Shown here: positions 1 to 14,903 of the stretch, piece by piece
How the letters are laid out: the number at the start of each line of letters is the position of its first letter
Position numbering within the stretch: position 1 is the first letter of the stretch
From: Octopus sinensis
Lineage: Eukaryota
Reading direction: 5' to 3'
Assembly (NCBI RefSeq): GCF_006345805.1
Contig: NC_043008.1
Span: 10,416,001 to 10,480,000 of the forward strand
DNA length: 64,000 bases
The notes under the pieces: model-generated
Told to the model about the DNA's origin: nothing
Database searches by the model: none
The model's input: only the letters and a program-made list of their open reading frames with translations
Made by a program: the position numbers and the translations under genes

Positions 1-855
1 CATCTAGATTGAGTCTACAGCCATGATTATCAGTTGTTGGGTGAATTCTGGTGTGCAGACACTGTCAGAATGCTTGATGGCCACAGCTTCAAGTCACAGT
101 TGCAGTTGTCCATGTCATGTCTTATAGCCTTTACAGTGTTCATAGAGCATTAAGCAGCAATCATTATGTTGGTATTTTGATATTGTATATCATGATACAG
201 TAACTCTTTTCCAATATTCAGATGGCTTCCTTGTCAGCTAACTTTTTCTCAACTACTATTTAACTTTATACTCTACAATGCTCCTATTCCTTTAATGCAG
301 AGCACATAAAACCTTTCTCTAAAATAAGGCCATCTCTTAGCTTTTGGGTGTAGATTGCTCTGTTGTTTTTAAAAATAACAGTATCAATATATTGCTTCTC
401 AGTTGCACCTTTTTTGGGTGGATCCCAGAGTTTATTGGGTTAAAGGGTTTTCCAGGTGTAGTCCAGAACCAGATAGATCAGGGGTGGGGGGTCTGCTTGA
501 TAGTGAGTCCATTGTCACGGATGGGGTTAAGACTTTGCCTACAATCACACAGAGAAAAGGAGCAACTGAAAGATTCCAGTTGTTGTTCAAAACACTTTTG
601 TTGGACTGACTGTGCTTTGCATGAAACTTGATGGGTTTACATACATGGTGGTAATAATTTTGACAATCTCATCTGAGATACTGTAGTGTAACATGGCCTT
701 TCTGTTGACACTATCAAATGCCTTGGAGAAATCCGCAAATATAATTTGTAGAGTCTGAACTCTTCTATAATTCTTCTAAATGTTAGGATTCATAGTAGTG
801 TTGATCTGCCTTTGCTGAAGCCATTTTGGTTCTGTTCTAGGATGGAATTAATCAT
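1..855 (-). mobile_element. Degenerate non-LTR retrotransposon reverse transcriptase fragment (RTE-like)
   Basis: Minus strand at ~690-850 reads ILEQNQNGFSKGRST and, after a frameshift, DFSKAFDSVNRKAM: the QxGF..GRST and DFxKAFDSV motifs of non-LTR RTs. Stops and frameshifts present. A related segment recurs at ~61440-61545. Confidence 0.75.
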
Positions 856-3325
856 TGCCATCATCATTTAATGTCCATGGCCCATGCTGGCATGAGTTGG
901 ATGGTTTGATAAGAACTGATGTATCCAAGGACTGTTTTGATCTCCAATACATTTTTTGGTATGGTGTTTATGGTTGGATGCCTCCTTGATGCTAATATGA
1001 GGAGAGCATAACTTTGTAGATTTTTGAGGCTAGAGGTGGTTGTGTGATTCCTCTGTAGTTCTGAAGCAAGTGAAGATCCTCTTTCTTTGGAAGTGGAATT
1101 CAAGTTAGTTACATATGATAGGAAAACAAGAAATTTTATCAGACAACATTGATTTTGAAAAACTGATCTTAGTTTCGTTTAATTGGTTAGAAATTTGCCA
1201 CATTTACTGAAAATGTCTGTATTTGAGTAAAAAATTGTAGAATAATACACTTTTTATTTTTAAATGTCATTAAACTGATTACAAATTGATTACATACATA
1301 TTCATCTTTTACATTGATATAAAGCATAAATTTATAGGGGGTAATGGGTGTATATTTGATTAAACTGACCTGAGTATATGCATGTAATTTCTTTTTATAT
1401 ACTGAAAAAATAAAGACAAAATTGATTTTATTAGAATTTGAATGGAAAAGAATATGGATGAAAATAAAATCATTCTACTGTCTTCAGCATACGTTTTATT
1501 TCAGAATTTACATTTTTATGTCAATCTTGCTTTTGATGAGTTGGCCAAATATATTATATTCTTTTTTACTAGAAATAATGGCTAAGTCACACTCTACAAT
1601 CTTTGAAAAATCATACTTCAAGTCCTCCAGACCATGTTCTACTGTTTTGAATAAAGTGATTGTGCATAGACTTTATGAATAAGAAAAATATGGGATGTTT
1701 GTACCCTTTGATTATATATAGGCCTGCTTGGTCAAAGCTGACCTGGGGTTAAACAACAACAACAACAACAATAATAATTTCTAACCTCAGCTCAAGGCCA
1801 GACATTTTGCAAGTAGGGAAGGACTAAATGAACTCAATTCTTGACTGATATTTTTATTTTATTGACGTTGGTGGATAGACAGGCCAAACTGATCTCAGCA
1901 GGATTTGAACTCAGAACATAATTACAATAATAATTGTTTCTAACATAACAACAACAATAATGATTATGATGATAACAACAACAATGCTTTATTTGAACAA
2001 ATCTCGAATTTTTTGTTGATCAACAAAAGTGTTTACAAAAACCTACTCTTCAATTTGAGTTTTCATTTTAGCTATTTAATGATCTGTGTCTTTGGAATCA
2101 TAATACAGTTAAATTACAAACATATGCAATCATAAATATTGGAATTCATTAGTATAATCTGGTTTCCCCTTGATGACCATATCAGATCTATCTTAATGTC
2201 AGGTAGAACAAATAGAGATAACATTATGTTCACCATAAAGATAAGCAGAAAGATTTTAAAACTTCATGCATGTAATATTAAACTGACCATCAATTTATTT
2301 AGTATTTGTTTTCTCATGCTTGCAATGTATAAATGTGTGCATCCAACCACATCTGTCACCATATCAACTACAAAAGAGGTGTGATAACTTTATGTATTGT
2401 TGCAGGTAATCAAATATACTGTAGAACCTCTGAAACAATATATTAGGTCAGTTCACAGAATATAGAAAAATTTCTTGACTAGCTGAGGATGTGATACAAT
2501 TTAGTCCCTGTAAGATTACAGGCTTACAGCCCCATTAAATTATAAACCTTTGTGCCAATGAATTATGATAATGGTTTATGAAATAAGCCCAAGGTAATAC
2601 ATTTCAAAGATGAGTACAATTGATTAAATTGACCCTAATATTTGATTGGTATTTATGCTATTGTTCCTAGAAGAATGAAAAGCATTGATGATTTGATGAC
2701 TCTTGCCAGATTTGAAATCAGATTGCAAACCATATTGTGTTACCCTCTACTGTGAAAAGATGGAATAATCATAGCCAGAATGCCTTTAAACATAGGCTTG
2801 CTAAATTAGGGTTAATTTGGAACTAAACATCACTAACCTGCTGTTCTATGTTACTGATATCAAGCAATATTTAAGTGATATCACAAGCATACCAAGTGAT
2901 AGTGAAAGAAGTTGAGTGTTTCATTGAAGATGAAAAGCCTTGTTTTGAGTGTTTTGTTGAAGATAAAAAAACACACACCCTCTCTTCACTACCTTCAATC
3001 TCTTCTACCTTAGTAGTTCATTCACCTTATCAACTTGTCCTCCACCATACTGTCTATATTGATTTCTAATATAGGAACAAGATGATAAATTTCTGGGAGG
3101 GATCTAATACGTTTGGTTGATTCAAATACTTGACAAGTATTTATTTTATTGACCTTGGAAGGGTCATAGGTAATTTTAAGCTCAAAATATGGCAATAGAT
3201 AGTTATAGCAAGATATTTTATCCAGCTCCCTACTGATTCTGGCACACACTACACATTCTTGAACTCAGCAGTAATGTTTTTATTTTGCCACAAGAGCAGC
3301 TTACAGAGAAGAGCAAACCATTTAA

Positions 3326-3363
<38 letters not shown>

Positions 3364-3982
3364 TGTGTGTGTGTGTGTGGTGTGTGTGTGTGTGTGTGCA
3401 TGTGTGTGTTTGTATATAATCACAGAAATGATTTTAATGTAAGAGGGAGTCTCTATATATTTACTCTGCAGCTAAATCATCCTCGTATCAAATGGAACCT
3501 CTTTGCAGAGAGAACACATTGGATAATGTTCTTATATACAAAAGCAAGTATGGTCAAGGTTAGAGCAGTAAAGTAACATTATGTGCAGCAGAGCATCAGA
3601 GCTGCATGTAAGCTTTCTGGCTTGATGCCTTCTGCAAAACTGACTAGGAAGACGGAAAAGAGGAGAGATAGGTAAGAAATTGAGAGATAAAATAAGTGGA
3701 AACTTAGTGTATTTTTCTTTCATTTACTAGTTTCACTCTTTAAACTACAGCCAAGATGATTCAATTATACTGGCCCTAGTACTTTGATACTCATTTTATT
3801 AACCTCAGAAAAGGGCATTTAAAGTTGTCTTGAACTCAGAATGTAAGGGGAACATAAAATATCAGAAGGTGTTTTATGTGGTATTCTTCTGATATACATA
3901 AAATATAGAGTTGCATTAGAACTTCTAGAATAATTGGACTTCGTAAATAAGTTCAGTTGAGCAAATCATATTAATATATATT

Positions 3983-4277
3983 ATCACCGTGATCACCGTG
4001 ACCGACCAGACCATCAGATGTTGTTACACATCGCTGGTCACAATGCGTTCGCATTGTTTTAGCCTTTGAATGACGCCACCCTGCTGGCTAAGTGAGCAGG
4101 CCAACAGAAGAAAGAGTGGGAGAAAGAGTGGTGAAAGAGTACAGCAGGGATCACCGCCCCCTACCGGAGCCTCGTGGAGCTTCTAGGTGTTTTCGCTCAA
4201 TAAACACTCACAACGCCCGGTCTGGGAATCGAAGCCGCGAGTCCGCTGCCCTAACCATTGGGCCATTGCGCCTCCAC
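3983..4277 (-). mobile_element. tRNA-derived SINE
   Basis: Minus-strand head gtggaggcgcaaTGGCCCAATGGttagggcagcggactcgcgGCTTCGATTCCc has A and B boxes. GC-rich body, short repeated tail, inserted in a TA-rich site. Confidence 0.8.
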
Positions 4278-4572
4278 AATATATATTATAGACACTGTAA
4301 TTCTCATTAAATCAAACTAGGATTTTTAAGCAGGCAAGGAACAATTTGTTTACAATTTCTACTTTAATCCTTTTGTTACTGTATTTCTGATCAAAATACA
4401 CCAATTATGTGTTTCAAATAAATTCTGAAATAATCATGAATTCAGACTGGTTTCACAAAAGGATTCTTGTTCTATTTATCAACATTATATTGCTATGGAA
4501 TTTTATAGCACAAATAACAAATTTAATACATTCCCATTTTCAACATTAGATCACTCGATCGAATCTATACCA

Positions 4573-4614
<42 letters not shown>

Positions 4615-5640
4615 TGTAAGTATCTGTTATTCTTTAACTATGATTGTTAATAATTAACTTGCTATATTTTCACAATGGAGTGTGTGTGTGTGTGTGTGTG
4701 TGTGTAAGTGAGCTATAGTTCATAGAAATTAAGTTATTTGCTTTGAAACTTCGTTTACTTAAATGATATTTACCCTGCACTGTGTATGCAGTGGTTAGGG
4801 TAGGGTTTGTCTTTCAGAGAAATACTATATTACATATTTGATTCATAGCCATTATGTGGCAAATACTTTCACTTTTATGTACCGTTTTAAATTACACTGC
4901 ATAAAGATATTTTATCAATCCCCAAAAATCACTTCTTAATTCAGATTGCTTTTTATCTTTCTGAAGATAATTTTGTTTCAGTTAGTTTTACTTTCGTCAC
5001 TATCATCATTTGATGTCTGCTTTTCCATGCTAGCATCACTTGGACAGATCATTAAATTCTCAGGCATATGTTATTTAGAGTTTTTGTTAATGATAACATG
5101 TTTTCTTGCTTTGTCAAGCAGCCAAAAAACAGAAAGTGGTAGAGTTTATTTGAATTCTTTCATAAGTTGCAGTCAATTACACATAAAGAGATTGTAAAGT
5201 GATCATCAAATCTTGTCAGGTTATATCTGAAGAAAGTCCTGAAGAATTTGTACACCTTATAGAAGTGTCTAAAACTGATATTGCTCTTCATATCAGCACC
5301 AAATAAGACTTTGTAGGCATACAATTTTACTATTTAATAGCTTGCATATTTATCACTCATAGTTACCGACTGTGGTGGAAGGGGGTGATTTTTAAAACTG
5401 AAAAGGATTAAAAATGAACTATGGAGCACGATAGGTCAAAACAGATTTAACAACTTTCTTGTAATATAAGCGTTAACCATGAACTTCTGCAAGAAATATA
5501 CCTTTCCACTATCATCAACAGGTTTGCTCATGTTAAACCTACAAAATGTAACTTTTAAATTATAGTTTACTGTGCAAGTAAAAAGTATGTTTTTTAATAC
5601 CTATGTGTTTCTGATTTAAAAAAAATAACTGAGCTTATTT

Positions 5641-5878
5641 TGGCACGTAAAAAGCACCATCCGACCGTGGCCATTTGCCAGCCCCATCTGGCACCTGTGC
5701 CGGTGGCATGTAAAAAGCACCCACTACACTCACGGAGTGGTTGGCGTTAGGAGGGCATCCAGCTGTAGAAACATTGCCAGATCAGACGTGGCCTGGTGCA
5801 GCCTTCTGGCTTCCCAGACCCCAGTTGAACCGTCCAACCCATGCTAGCATGGAAATCGGGCGCTAAATGATGAATGAT
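5641..5878 (+). mobile_element. RTE-family 3' UTR copy (5'-truncated LINE or partner SINE) with (GAT)n tail
   Basis: Same sequence family as 19779-20035, 25158-25605, 57310-57665, 61975-62340 (+) and 860-1000, 26805-27060, 33363-33515 (-). Ends in ccatgctagcatgg...aaatgatga. Confidence 0.8.
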
Positions 5879-6440
5879 AATGTTACAAGCCTCACACTAC
5901 ATTTATCCAGTCTTGGTAAGGAGCTGCACCTATAACTGTTGCAGACTCTCTCTCTGACTTGTAAGATTGATTGGGATGAGTTTGATGTTCAGTTTGGACA
6001 AACATCTATAAATTGATGTCTGTAGGAAAATCATAGGTAGGGAGAGATTTCGTGTGGATTAGTGCTTCGAAGAGACAGGACTGAGAAGAGTGATTAATGT
6101 GGAACTAAAGGGAGTGGGTGCTACACACAATAGGTGTAATGAGAGGACTCGGGTAAACAGGTGTGTTAGGGGTGGCCCAGGGTTGAGGTGTTAGGCAACT
6201 AGTTTGTTCAGAGATTTACATTTTGAAAGATCTTATTTTCAGAAACTATTCCCAAGTTTCTTTAGGGTTAAGAAGGAAAGTAAATATCTCTTAGAATAAG
6301 ATACTGGTCTAATTAAGAATTAATTTCCCACATTGGAAATTAACCCTTAAATAGATCTGTATGTGAAGTGGGTCAAAAATTATAATACAACAGAACAGGA
6401 ATCTATACTTTCAGATTCCTATACATTTGGCTATTATTAA

Positions 6441-6995
6441 GGCAGTGAACTGGAAGACTTGTTAGTGCGTTAGTCACAATATAAATGCCACTGAGGTTGA
6501 CTTTGCCTTTCATTCTTTTTGAGGGTTAAAAAAAGTAAGTACTGATGTAATCCACTAGTGACCTCTCCTAAAATTTTAGGCATTTTGTCTATAATAGAAA
6601 GGATTATATAAGTTTGTCAAGTTGGTAGAATCATTAGCATGCTGGACAAAATACTTAGTTCAAATTCTGCTGAGGTCAACTTTGCTTTTCATCCTTTTGG
6701 CGTCAATGAAATAAGTACCACTTAGGGTCAATGTAATTGACTTCTCCATCCCAACAAGAAATTTGAAACCATTTTATCAAGAGATTGAGCTGGCTGAATC
6801 ATTAGCATACTGGGGAAAATACTGAACGGCATTCCTTTTGGGTTTGCATCCTGAGTTCAAATTCCACCAAAGTTGGCTTTGCCTTTCATTCTTTCGGTGT
6901 TGATAAAATAATTACCAGTTGAGCACTGGTGTTGATGTAATTGACTAGATCCCTCCCCACAAAAATTTCAGGCTTTGTGCCTATAGTAGAAAGAT
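6441..6995 (+). mobile_element. Cluster of three old copies of the SINE family typified by 22521-22750
   Basis: Three successive degenerate matches to gagctggcaga...gttcaaatt...gactttgcctttcatcc...agtacc. Confidence 0.7.
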
Positions 6996-7139
6996 TTATT
7001 ATTATTATCATCATTATCTCTGTGTACCTTTGACATGTGTAGTGTTTTGTTTTGGTTTTGTTATTTGTATTGTATTGAAAGTGCTCTGTGTATGTGTGTA
7101 GTACCTTGACGTACTAATTTCTGTATGTTGTATATATTT

Positions 7140-7730
7140 CTAAGTCCTGTATATGTATTGGTCTGCATTTTTTATCATTCCCAAAGCACCTGTTATTAGA
7201 GGGATTGTTTCTATTTGCATGCCCCACATTCAGGCTATCTCTGTTTCCAAATCTTTGTATTTGGATAATTTCTCATTCTGCTTTAGAGATATATTATCAT
7301 CTGTTGGGACTGATATGTCAGTTAAAAGGTATTTCTTTTCCTGATCCTCCTTGACAACAATATCTTTTCTGTTAGCCTTGATCGCTATGTCTGTTTGTAT
7401 GACATATCTTAGAGTATGGTCACTTTGCCATTCTTGGAGATCTTTTTTTTTTTTTGGTGTATGCTCATACCATCTCTTTTCTGTTGGTATTTTATAGTGT
7501 TAGCATAACTTCCAGTGAATGTAAAGGCCCAACTCTGTCATGTCTGTGGATGTGTTCTCTCTTGGCTAAGACTAGGTAGCCTGAGATAGTGTTTTTAATT
7601 GTCTCTTCTCCATGTCCATGTTCTGCAGTTACTGTATTCTGCTTCATTATTGGCTTTTGACTATTTCTATTTCTATTGATCTTGTGCCATGATCAAGAAC
7701 CCCTTAGTCTCTGCTTTGAGTCTTGTTTGT
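7140..7730 (-). mobile_element. R4/Dong-clade (REL endonuclease) non-LTR retrotransposon relic
   Basis: Minus strand gives AETKGFLIMAQDQ, then EETIKNTISGYLVLAKREHIHRHDRVG (decayed zinc knuckle with RHD), then DISVPTDDNISLKQNEKLSKYKDLETEIA*MWGMQIETIPLITGALGMIK (REL nuclease motifs). Confidence 0.8.
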
Positions 7731-8491
7731 ATCATCTAATGTGAGATTTCTTTGCCTACTCTATTTTCATCTTTTTTCTAGTATTTGCTGTGTAGGGGAT
7801 TTATGTGCAAATTGTTTTATCATGGTATCCTCTAGACCCAATTTTAGTTTAAATTTTAATTATTTCATGATTTCTGATGTGGTTTCTCCATTACTTCATA
7901 GCTGTCTGTTATTGCAGCCTGTTTTGTATTGGTTTCTTTTAAGACAAACACAGTCCATATTTCATGTTAATGTTTCGTAGCTATTAGTATTAGTTTTCCA
8001 TGATACTGTACTAGATAATTCATATGGCTGATATAATGTCTTTAACTCAGCAATGCTGTTTAGGGAAAAAGTTTTGAATGCAATAATGAATCTAATGATG
8101 ATGATTAGAATGATAAATGTTTCATTTTTTAATGTCTGCTTCAGTTTCCATGATTCAAATATTACTATTAAAATTATATAAAAGGTTTTTAATATTCTGT
8201 GATGTTTTGGGTTTTGGGGTACCTGAGCTGATGTTCAAACTCATGCTGTATATGATATATCTCTAATTTATTAATTTTGTATATTTAGTGAGTGATTCAT
8301 TTATCACAACTCTGGCAAATTTGGGAAGGATTATTCTCTACTGAGAAGGTCAGAGCTAAAGTAAAATATGTGCAGAGTTGTTTTTCATACTTACTATTGA
8401 AATAAAAATATTAACCACTGACTGTTTTAGGTATTTTCTTTATTGCCTATATATTTTCTGGTTAGCTTTTTCAATTCTCCATGTATTAAAC

Positions 8492-9120
8492 CATCATCAT
8501 CATTTAATGTCTGTTTTCCAAGCAGGCATGAGTTGGACAGTTTCATCAGAGCTAGCTAGCCAGAAAGCCGCACCAGGCTCCAGTCTGATTTGGCATGGTT
8601 TCTATGGCTGGATGCCTTTCCTAATGCCAACCACTTTACAGTGCATGGGGTGCTTTTAACGTGGCACCACATGATCACTTTTATATGGCACCAGCATGAG
8701 TGCTTTTTACATGGCACCAGCACAGGACTTTTGCAGGCCAATCCTCTTCACCAGACGGAGCGACCTAAACACTTCTGCTGTGGAGTACGGGTATTCTTGA
8801 GTACAGCAAGGTACCAGGTATCTTAGTTCTTTGTCATCTTGTCTGAGATTGTCCTTCAGTACTTCATCCCATGTCTTCCCAGATCTCCCTCTTCCACATG
8901 CTCCATCTACTTTGAGAGATTGGCACTTCGTTATGGAACTGTTGGCATCCATCCTCATCACACAACCAAGCCAATGCAGTCTTCTCTCTTGCATACTGCA
9001 TCTAGTTCTTATGCCTAACTTCTCTCTCAATACACTAGCACTTGGTCGAACATATACACTTACACTATACATCCAGCAGAGCATACTAGCCTCATTCCTC
9101 TCTAACTTTTGCATTGCTTT
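8492..9120 (-). mobile_element. 5'-truncated RTE LINE: ORF C-terminus plus 3' UTR and (GAT)n tail
   Basis: ORF 8707..9114 contains ERRLHWLGCVMRM...GRGRSGKTWDEV (RTE C-terminus) and runs directly into the abundant (GAT)n-tailed UTR repeat. Confidence 0.85.
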
Positions 9121-10677
9121 AACTTACCTCTTGTTATTCATGCTGGGTGGCATCTCTAAAATACAAAGTCTATGAACTTAGGAGGTTGTTGGCAGCTTTT
9201 CCAAGGTAAAACAATCCAAGTGAAGTGAAATCACTCTCAAGAACTAAAACTAGGCTACAGATTTTACTTACTGGTAGTTTATATCTACTCTTCTAACTTT
9301 TAGAACTGAGTGAATATTTTTTATTAAAAATTTAGGATATTTGAAAAGTAGTTGTTTACACATAGCAATCATATTAAAGTATTTTTTAGTAATAATAAAA
9401 AACAAATATTAAACATCTTGAAGTTTGAAATATTGTTAAAAACTAGTTGTTAAGAGGAACAATTTGACCTGAATTATTTTATCCATTTACTGTTGGGATT
9501 AACTGTAGCTGAGATATTTGTCTTCTTTTGTTAGTGAGTGGTCATTGCAGCAATTCTTTTCTTTACTTCTCTGCCATTCATTCATGCTTTCTTTGTTTAT
9601 TTTTAACTCATAAAAAATTTCCTGGACATTGGCTTTAAAATTGGTTTGTGTATTGGTATAGTGAAGCATTATAAAGCTTTACAATAAAGTATTTTCCCCA
9701 CTTGTTGTCAAACGCTGAATAGGTTACTTACCTCCAGGTTCAGTTACATCTTCAAGTAAGTCATATATTTTTAACTTGGAAAACAATTCTAATTTCTCTA
9801 GTTATTTCTTCCATTGTTTAAATATCTTCATTTATATATTTCATTTATATTTTCTGATTCAATCATGATTTAACTGCTGTCAGTAGCAGTGTTTAAATTT
9901 TAATTAAAATTTAGTTTTCACTTTATATAGTAGGTGTGTATGTTTAGTTGTGTGCACATGTTTGTATATATCTATATATTAAATGTATGTGTGTGTGTGT
10001 GTGTGTATTTGTGGTCTTTTAATTAGATAAAATGAGAGTTTATTTTCATTCCTAAATGCTGGCATGCGGTGGATGGGAATTTCTGAAACAGTATTTTAAT
10101 GCTGAATACCTTTCTTGATGATAACCCTTTTAGTTACCTCTTATGATATAGTCATACAGTGTGCCTATTCTAAAAACTAGGACTCACATATATACTCAAA
10201 CATGCTATTATATATGGTGAACAGAGTATATATCTATAATTTATATCTATGATTTAATAATTTCATATTTTAACAAACTGCATAGTATTCATTATTACTT
10301 TTACTCTCAATCCAGAAGTCAAATTATTTAAAAGTTATTTTAGATTTTTTCCTTAATACATAAAGAGTTCAGTTACATTATTAATTAAAATATTTATAAA
10401 CATGTATTATATATTTAAAAAATCTTATCTTTCAGAATAAAAATATGACTTGAAACTTGAGTCTTTTAGAAAATGTCTTTGATTTATCAAGTAATTTTTC
10501 ATTAATAAATTGACTTATTAAAATTCATAGAATCAAATATTGTAAGAAATTGAAACCAACGAATGAAATTAAACACTGAACATCTAAGTCAGTACTCAAA
10601 TTGGTTTGTTAATACTATATAAGCATTTTAGTCTAATACAAGCAAGTATTTAAAACCTAATTTTTCAAGTTAAGGTG

Positions 10678-11045
10678 TATGTGTGGTTGTATGATAAGAA
10701 ATATGTTTTCCAGTCTCAAGGTTCTAGGTTCAGTCCTATTGCATGTCACCTGGGACAAGTGTATTCTATATCCTTGGTCTAGCCAAAGCCTTGTGAGTGA
10801 GTGAATTTGGTATGTGAAAACTGTGTGGAAGCCCATCATGTGTGTTTCTGTATTTATCCCTCATTGGTGTTGGTTTGTTTATGTCCTTGTAACTTAGCAC
10901 TTTGGCAAAAAGTATCTGATAGAATAAATACCAGGCTTTAAACAAAATAAGTACTGGGATTGCTTTGTTTGATTAAAACCCTTCAAGGTGGTACCCCAAC
11001 ATGACTGCAGTCAAAGGACTGATACAAGTAAGAGATAAAAGATAA
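10678..11045 (+). mobile_element. Older copy of the bipartite tRNA-SINE family of 41308-41712
   Basis: Colinear similarity: ggttcagtcc head, gccttgtgagtg, gatagaataaatacc, gcagtcaaaggactga tail. Confidence 0.75.
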
Positions 11046-13472
11046 CCTATGACCAGTAAATACCTAAAGTATACTTTACTAGAGTACTTAGCATTGCCTA
11101 GAAAATGTAGAACATGGTTTTGTGTTTTGCTGATTGAGAACTACCATAATTCTGCATAAATTTATTATTGAAAGAGCATGCTAGCATGGAAAGCGGACGT
11201 TAAACGATGATGATGATATACATGTTTATTTTTTACTTAAAATATTGTCATGTTTCAATAACTTACTGTAAAAAGAAATGATACAAATCTATTTCAGCTG
11301 TCACAATCCACATTGATAGAATGTATGTTGAGATACAATAAATATATAGTATGTGATAAAGCTGTACAATAAATGGCTTTCCTTTAATTTCTAATTTATT
11401 AACTCATTTTTTTTTGTTTGTTTTTGGATTTCCATGTTTTGAACATTAGAAATTACGATTGTGTATGTAAGAAAAAGACATTCACAAACCTTAAACTCTA
11501 TTCCCTCACTCAAAATCCAATCTTTAATCTTTACCTTAAACGCTGACCATAATTGTAAAATGAAGTATTTCTTGTAGGGTTGTAATCTCATGCATTTAAT
11601 ACAACTAATCCAGAAATAAAACCTGGAAAAAAAATGCTTAAAATGGAAAAGATTTTGCAGGTTAAGTATTCTACAACAGAAAGGGTGAAGCTAGCCAAAA
11701 ATTTAATAGCAAAAAGTAAAATTTCAAGACTGGTTTTTCCAAAATTTCTTCAAAGAACAGGAAGTTAAGCATATGGGGTTCTTATTGCACAAATCCAGCA
11801 ATAATTATTGCTTAAAGTATATCTAATTTATATGAAACAACCATGTCTACATTGATATTAAATACTGTATGTGTGGTTAATAATGCTGCTTTTAATTATG
11901 TGATTTCTCAGTACCATCATTAGGAACATTTCATAAACTACAGCATCCAGTGGGACAATGTTATGATTGAAGTTAAGTTTACTAAATATTTTAATTAAAT
12001 TCTTAAGGATGAACAGAGTATAGCTATTAATTTACTCAGGTGTATTGAATATTTACAGAAAATAGAATGATTGAAAACAAATACATGAGACACAGATAAT
12101 TTCCTGTTAACTTATAACCTTTTTTTATCATATTGATTTTGTCCTGGTTGTGATGAAGATGTAAGACTTCCATCATGCTGTTAGATACCTATGGAGGTAT
12201 AATGAGAATTTGTCTCAAGAAATTGTTGTTGTGGACATATTTTTACCAAAGAGAACTATCTTGGTTGAAAACAATGCAGAAAGAAAGAGGAGACTGCCAC
12301 TGGGTAGAGTTTGAAATAGAAGTGTAGAATAGATAGAGCAGGTTGGAATATGAGGAGGCCCTTAGTTATCTTAAATGATTAGAATTTTAAAAAATCAGCA
12401 ATGTTATGTTAGCAACACACAATTGTTTTATCACAGATAACTAAGTAACATATTTTGTTATTTATTTAACGACCTGAGGTCATGGTAGTTCATTTTTTTT
12501 TTTACACTACACTCGGATAGTGAACTTTATATGGGTGTTGGTTGGAGAAGAGCTCCTTATTTAAGAATCTAATGTCTAGGAACAGTAATAGTTGAGATTT
12601 TTTTTACTGTTTGACACTTCAACCAAAGTGAAGGTCCTACTTATTAGATGCTAAGCTTAACAGGAACTCACTGAAGAGATGATTGACATTTTACCTACAC
12701 AAAAAGTTGTCTACACTGTCTCTCAAAAGGACTTTTTAATACTATCCTGACATTGGTATTTTGGTGCATTTGGGTGCAATTAAGTGGATCTAAGTTCCAG
12801 CAATACAATTTTGTGTATCAAAGCATATGTTTGCTTGTTGTATTGGTTAATATTGAAGTAAAAGTTTTTAAAAATGCATCATTGCCAATTAAAAAAAGTA
12901 GTCTATATAGGGTTCAGATTCAGACACTGCAGACAATATTTGTTAATTTATTAAATTTTGGTTAATTCAGCCAGAAATAATTGCAGTAATGTTTTTAGTG
13001 TATTATCTTTTACAGATAAAAATGTCATACCTAACTGAATGTAATTCAGGAAGGTGTGAAAGAATGAAACAACCAAATTTAATATTTCCATTTAATTTCT
13101 ACTTAAATGTAAAAGCATTTTAAGAATTTAAAATATTTTTTAATTATTAGCTTGTTTATTTGAAAACTTAGTTTTAATGAATTTTCTTTAGAAGAATAGG
13201 CTATCTGAACACATTTTTGTCTCTTTTTTTTCTGTTGTTTATCTATCCAACTAATCCTTTATTATCCAATGGTTTTATAATTGAAGTCCACTGATTTTAA
13301 ACAAATCACTTGGCAGTTATTAGGAGGTTATAGTCAAATATCTGGTTGCACTACCTACCCTCAGTCAAATCATTTTGTTGTCAATCAACTTAGAGAGATA
13401 AAAACAAAATTTTTTTCATGCCCTCCACAGTTACCTTGGATGTATTTTCCTTTTCCATTCTTTTTCTTTCTG

Positions 13473-13645
<173 letters not shown>

Positions 13646-13893
13646 AGTTTGGTTGAATGGCCCTTACCAGGGTAGAAAGTAAATCTATCTTGATTATTGT
13701 TGGAGACAAAAGTCACAGGAATAGGTTATCAATGAAAGAAATTATGTCGTTAGTTATGGCAGTATACTGCTTTACTGGAGTGCAATATAAAATATATTTG
13801 ATCTCTAAATTAAAAAAAAATATTATTGTAATATTATATATATATATAATATATATTGATAAAACGGTAAGATAACAAGATATTATCCAGTTA

Positions 13894-14903
13894 ATGAAAC
13901 ACTTCGGACTTAGTATAACTATAGACACTAACCTGACGGTTGTCAATTTCTTAGACGTTTCCTTAGATCTTAATAATAATATTTATAAGCCTTATAGGAA
14001 GCCCAATGATAGACTAAGTTATATTAATGTAGGTTCATGCCATCCCCCTATAGTATTCAAAAATTTAGTTAAAAATATTAGTAAGAGGATTTCTAGCCTC
14101 TCATCTAATGAGGACATCTTCAATAGCGTTGCCCCAGTTTATAATAAAGCTTTAAAAGATAGTGGTTTTAGCGAAAAAATAAAATATACACCTATCACCA
14201 GCCCAACAATAAGGAAAAGGAATAATAGAAATAGGAAGGTCATCTGGTTTACGCCCCCTTACTCACCCGAGGTGGCCTTCAATATAGGTAAATATTTCCT
14301 AGCACTGATAGATAGACATTTTCCAGTTAACCATGCTTATAGGAAACTCTTCAATAGACACAATTTAAAAATTAGTTTTAGTTCAACTACCAATTTTAAA
14401 AACATAATCAATCATAACATACAAAAAACACAAGAAGAAAACAGCTGTTCATGCAGGAATAAAGAATTGTGCCCGCTAAATGGAGCTTGCATGTCCAAGA
14501 CCATCATATATGAAGCTACCGTAAACTCTATAACCACTAAAGACACCGTTTCGACGAAGAAATACGTGGGCCTGACAGAGGGTAATTTCAAGGCCAGGTT
14601 CGATAACCACACTTTGAGCTTTAGGCACTGGAACAAAAAAAAGCGACACAATTATCCAATCACATTTGGTCTTTAAGAGATAAAGGTGTCGATTATAACA
14701 TACAATGGAAGATTTTGGCCAGATGTAAGCCCTATACTAACGGCAGCGGAAGGTGCAGTTTATGCGACATGGAGAGATGGCTTATCTGGAAAAGCAGCTT
14801 AGACCCTACCACATGTCTAAATACAAGGACAGAGCTTTTCGGATCATGCCCACATGTGACTAAATTTCTGTTACGTTTTTGGTCCCCTAAAGAAAACGGA
14901 TAG
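13894..14903 (+). pseudogene. PLE RT C-terminus and GIY-YIG endonuclease, one frameshift
   Basis: NFLDVSLDL, YRKPN, SCHPP, IWFTPPYS, CSC..CPLNGAC, IIYEA...YVGLTEGNFKARFDNH. Adding one A to the A8 run at 14635-14642 restores KKATQLSNHIWSLRDKGVDYNIQWKILARCKPY...CSLC...LNTRTEL...CPH, joining ORFs 13894..14676 and 14715..14903. Confidence 0.9.

Noticed and set aside
9738-9755. 18-nt micro-exon candidate (CAG|GTTCAGTTACATCTTCAA|GTAAGT)
   Set aside because: Poor polypyrimidine tract; such matches are expected by chance in 64 kb.
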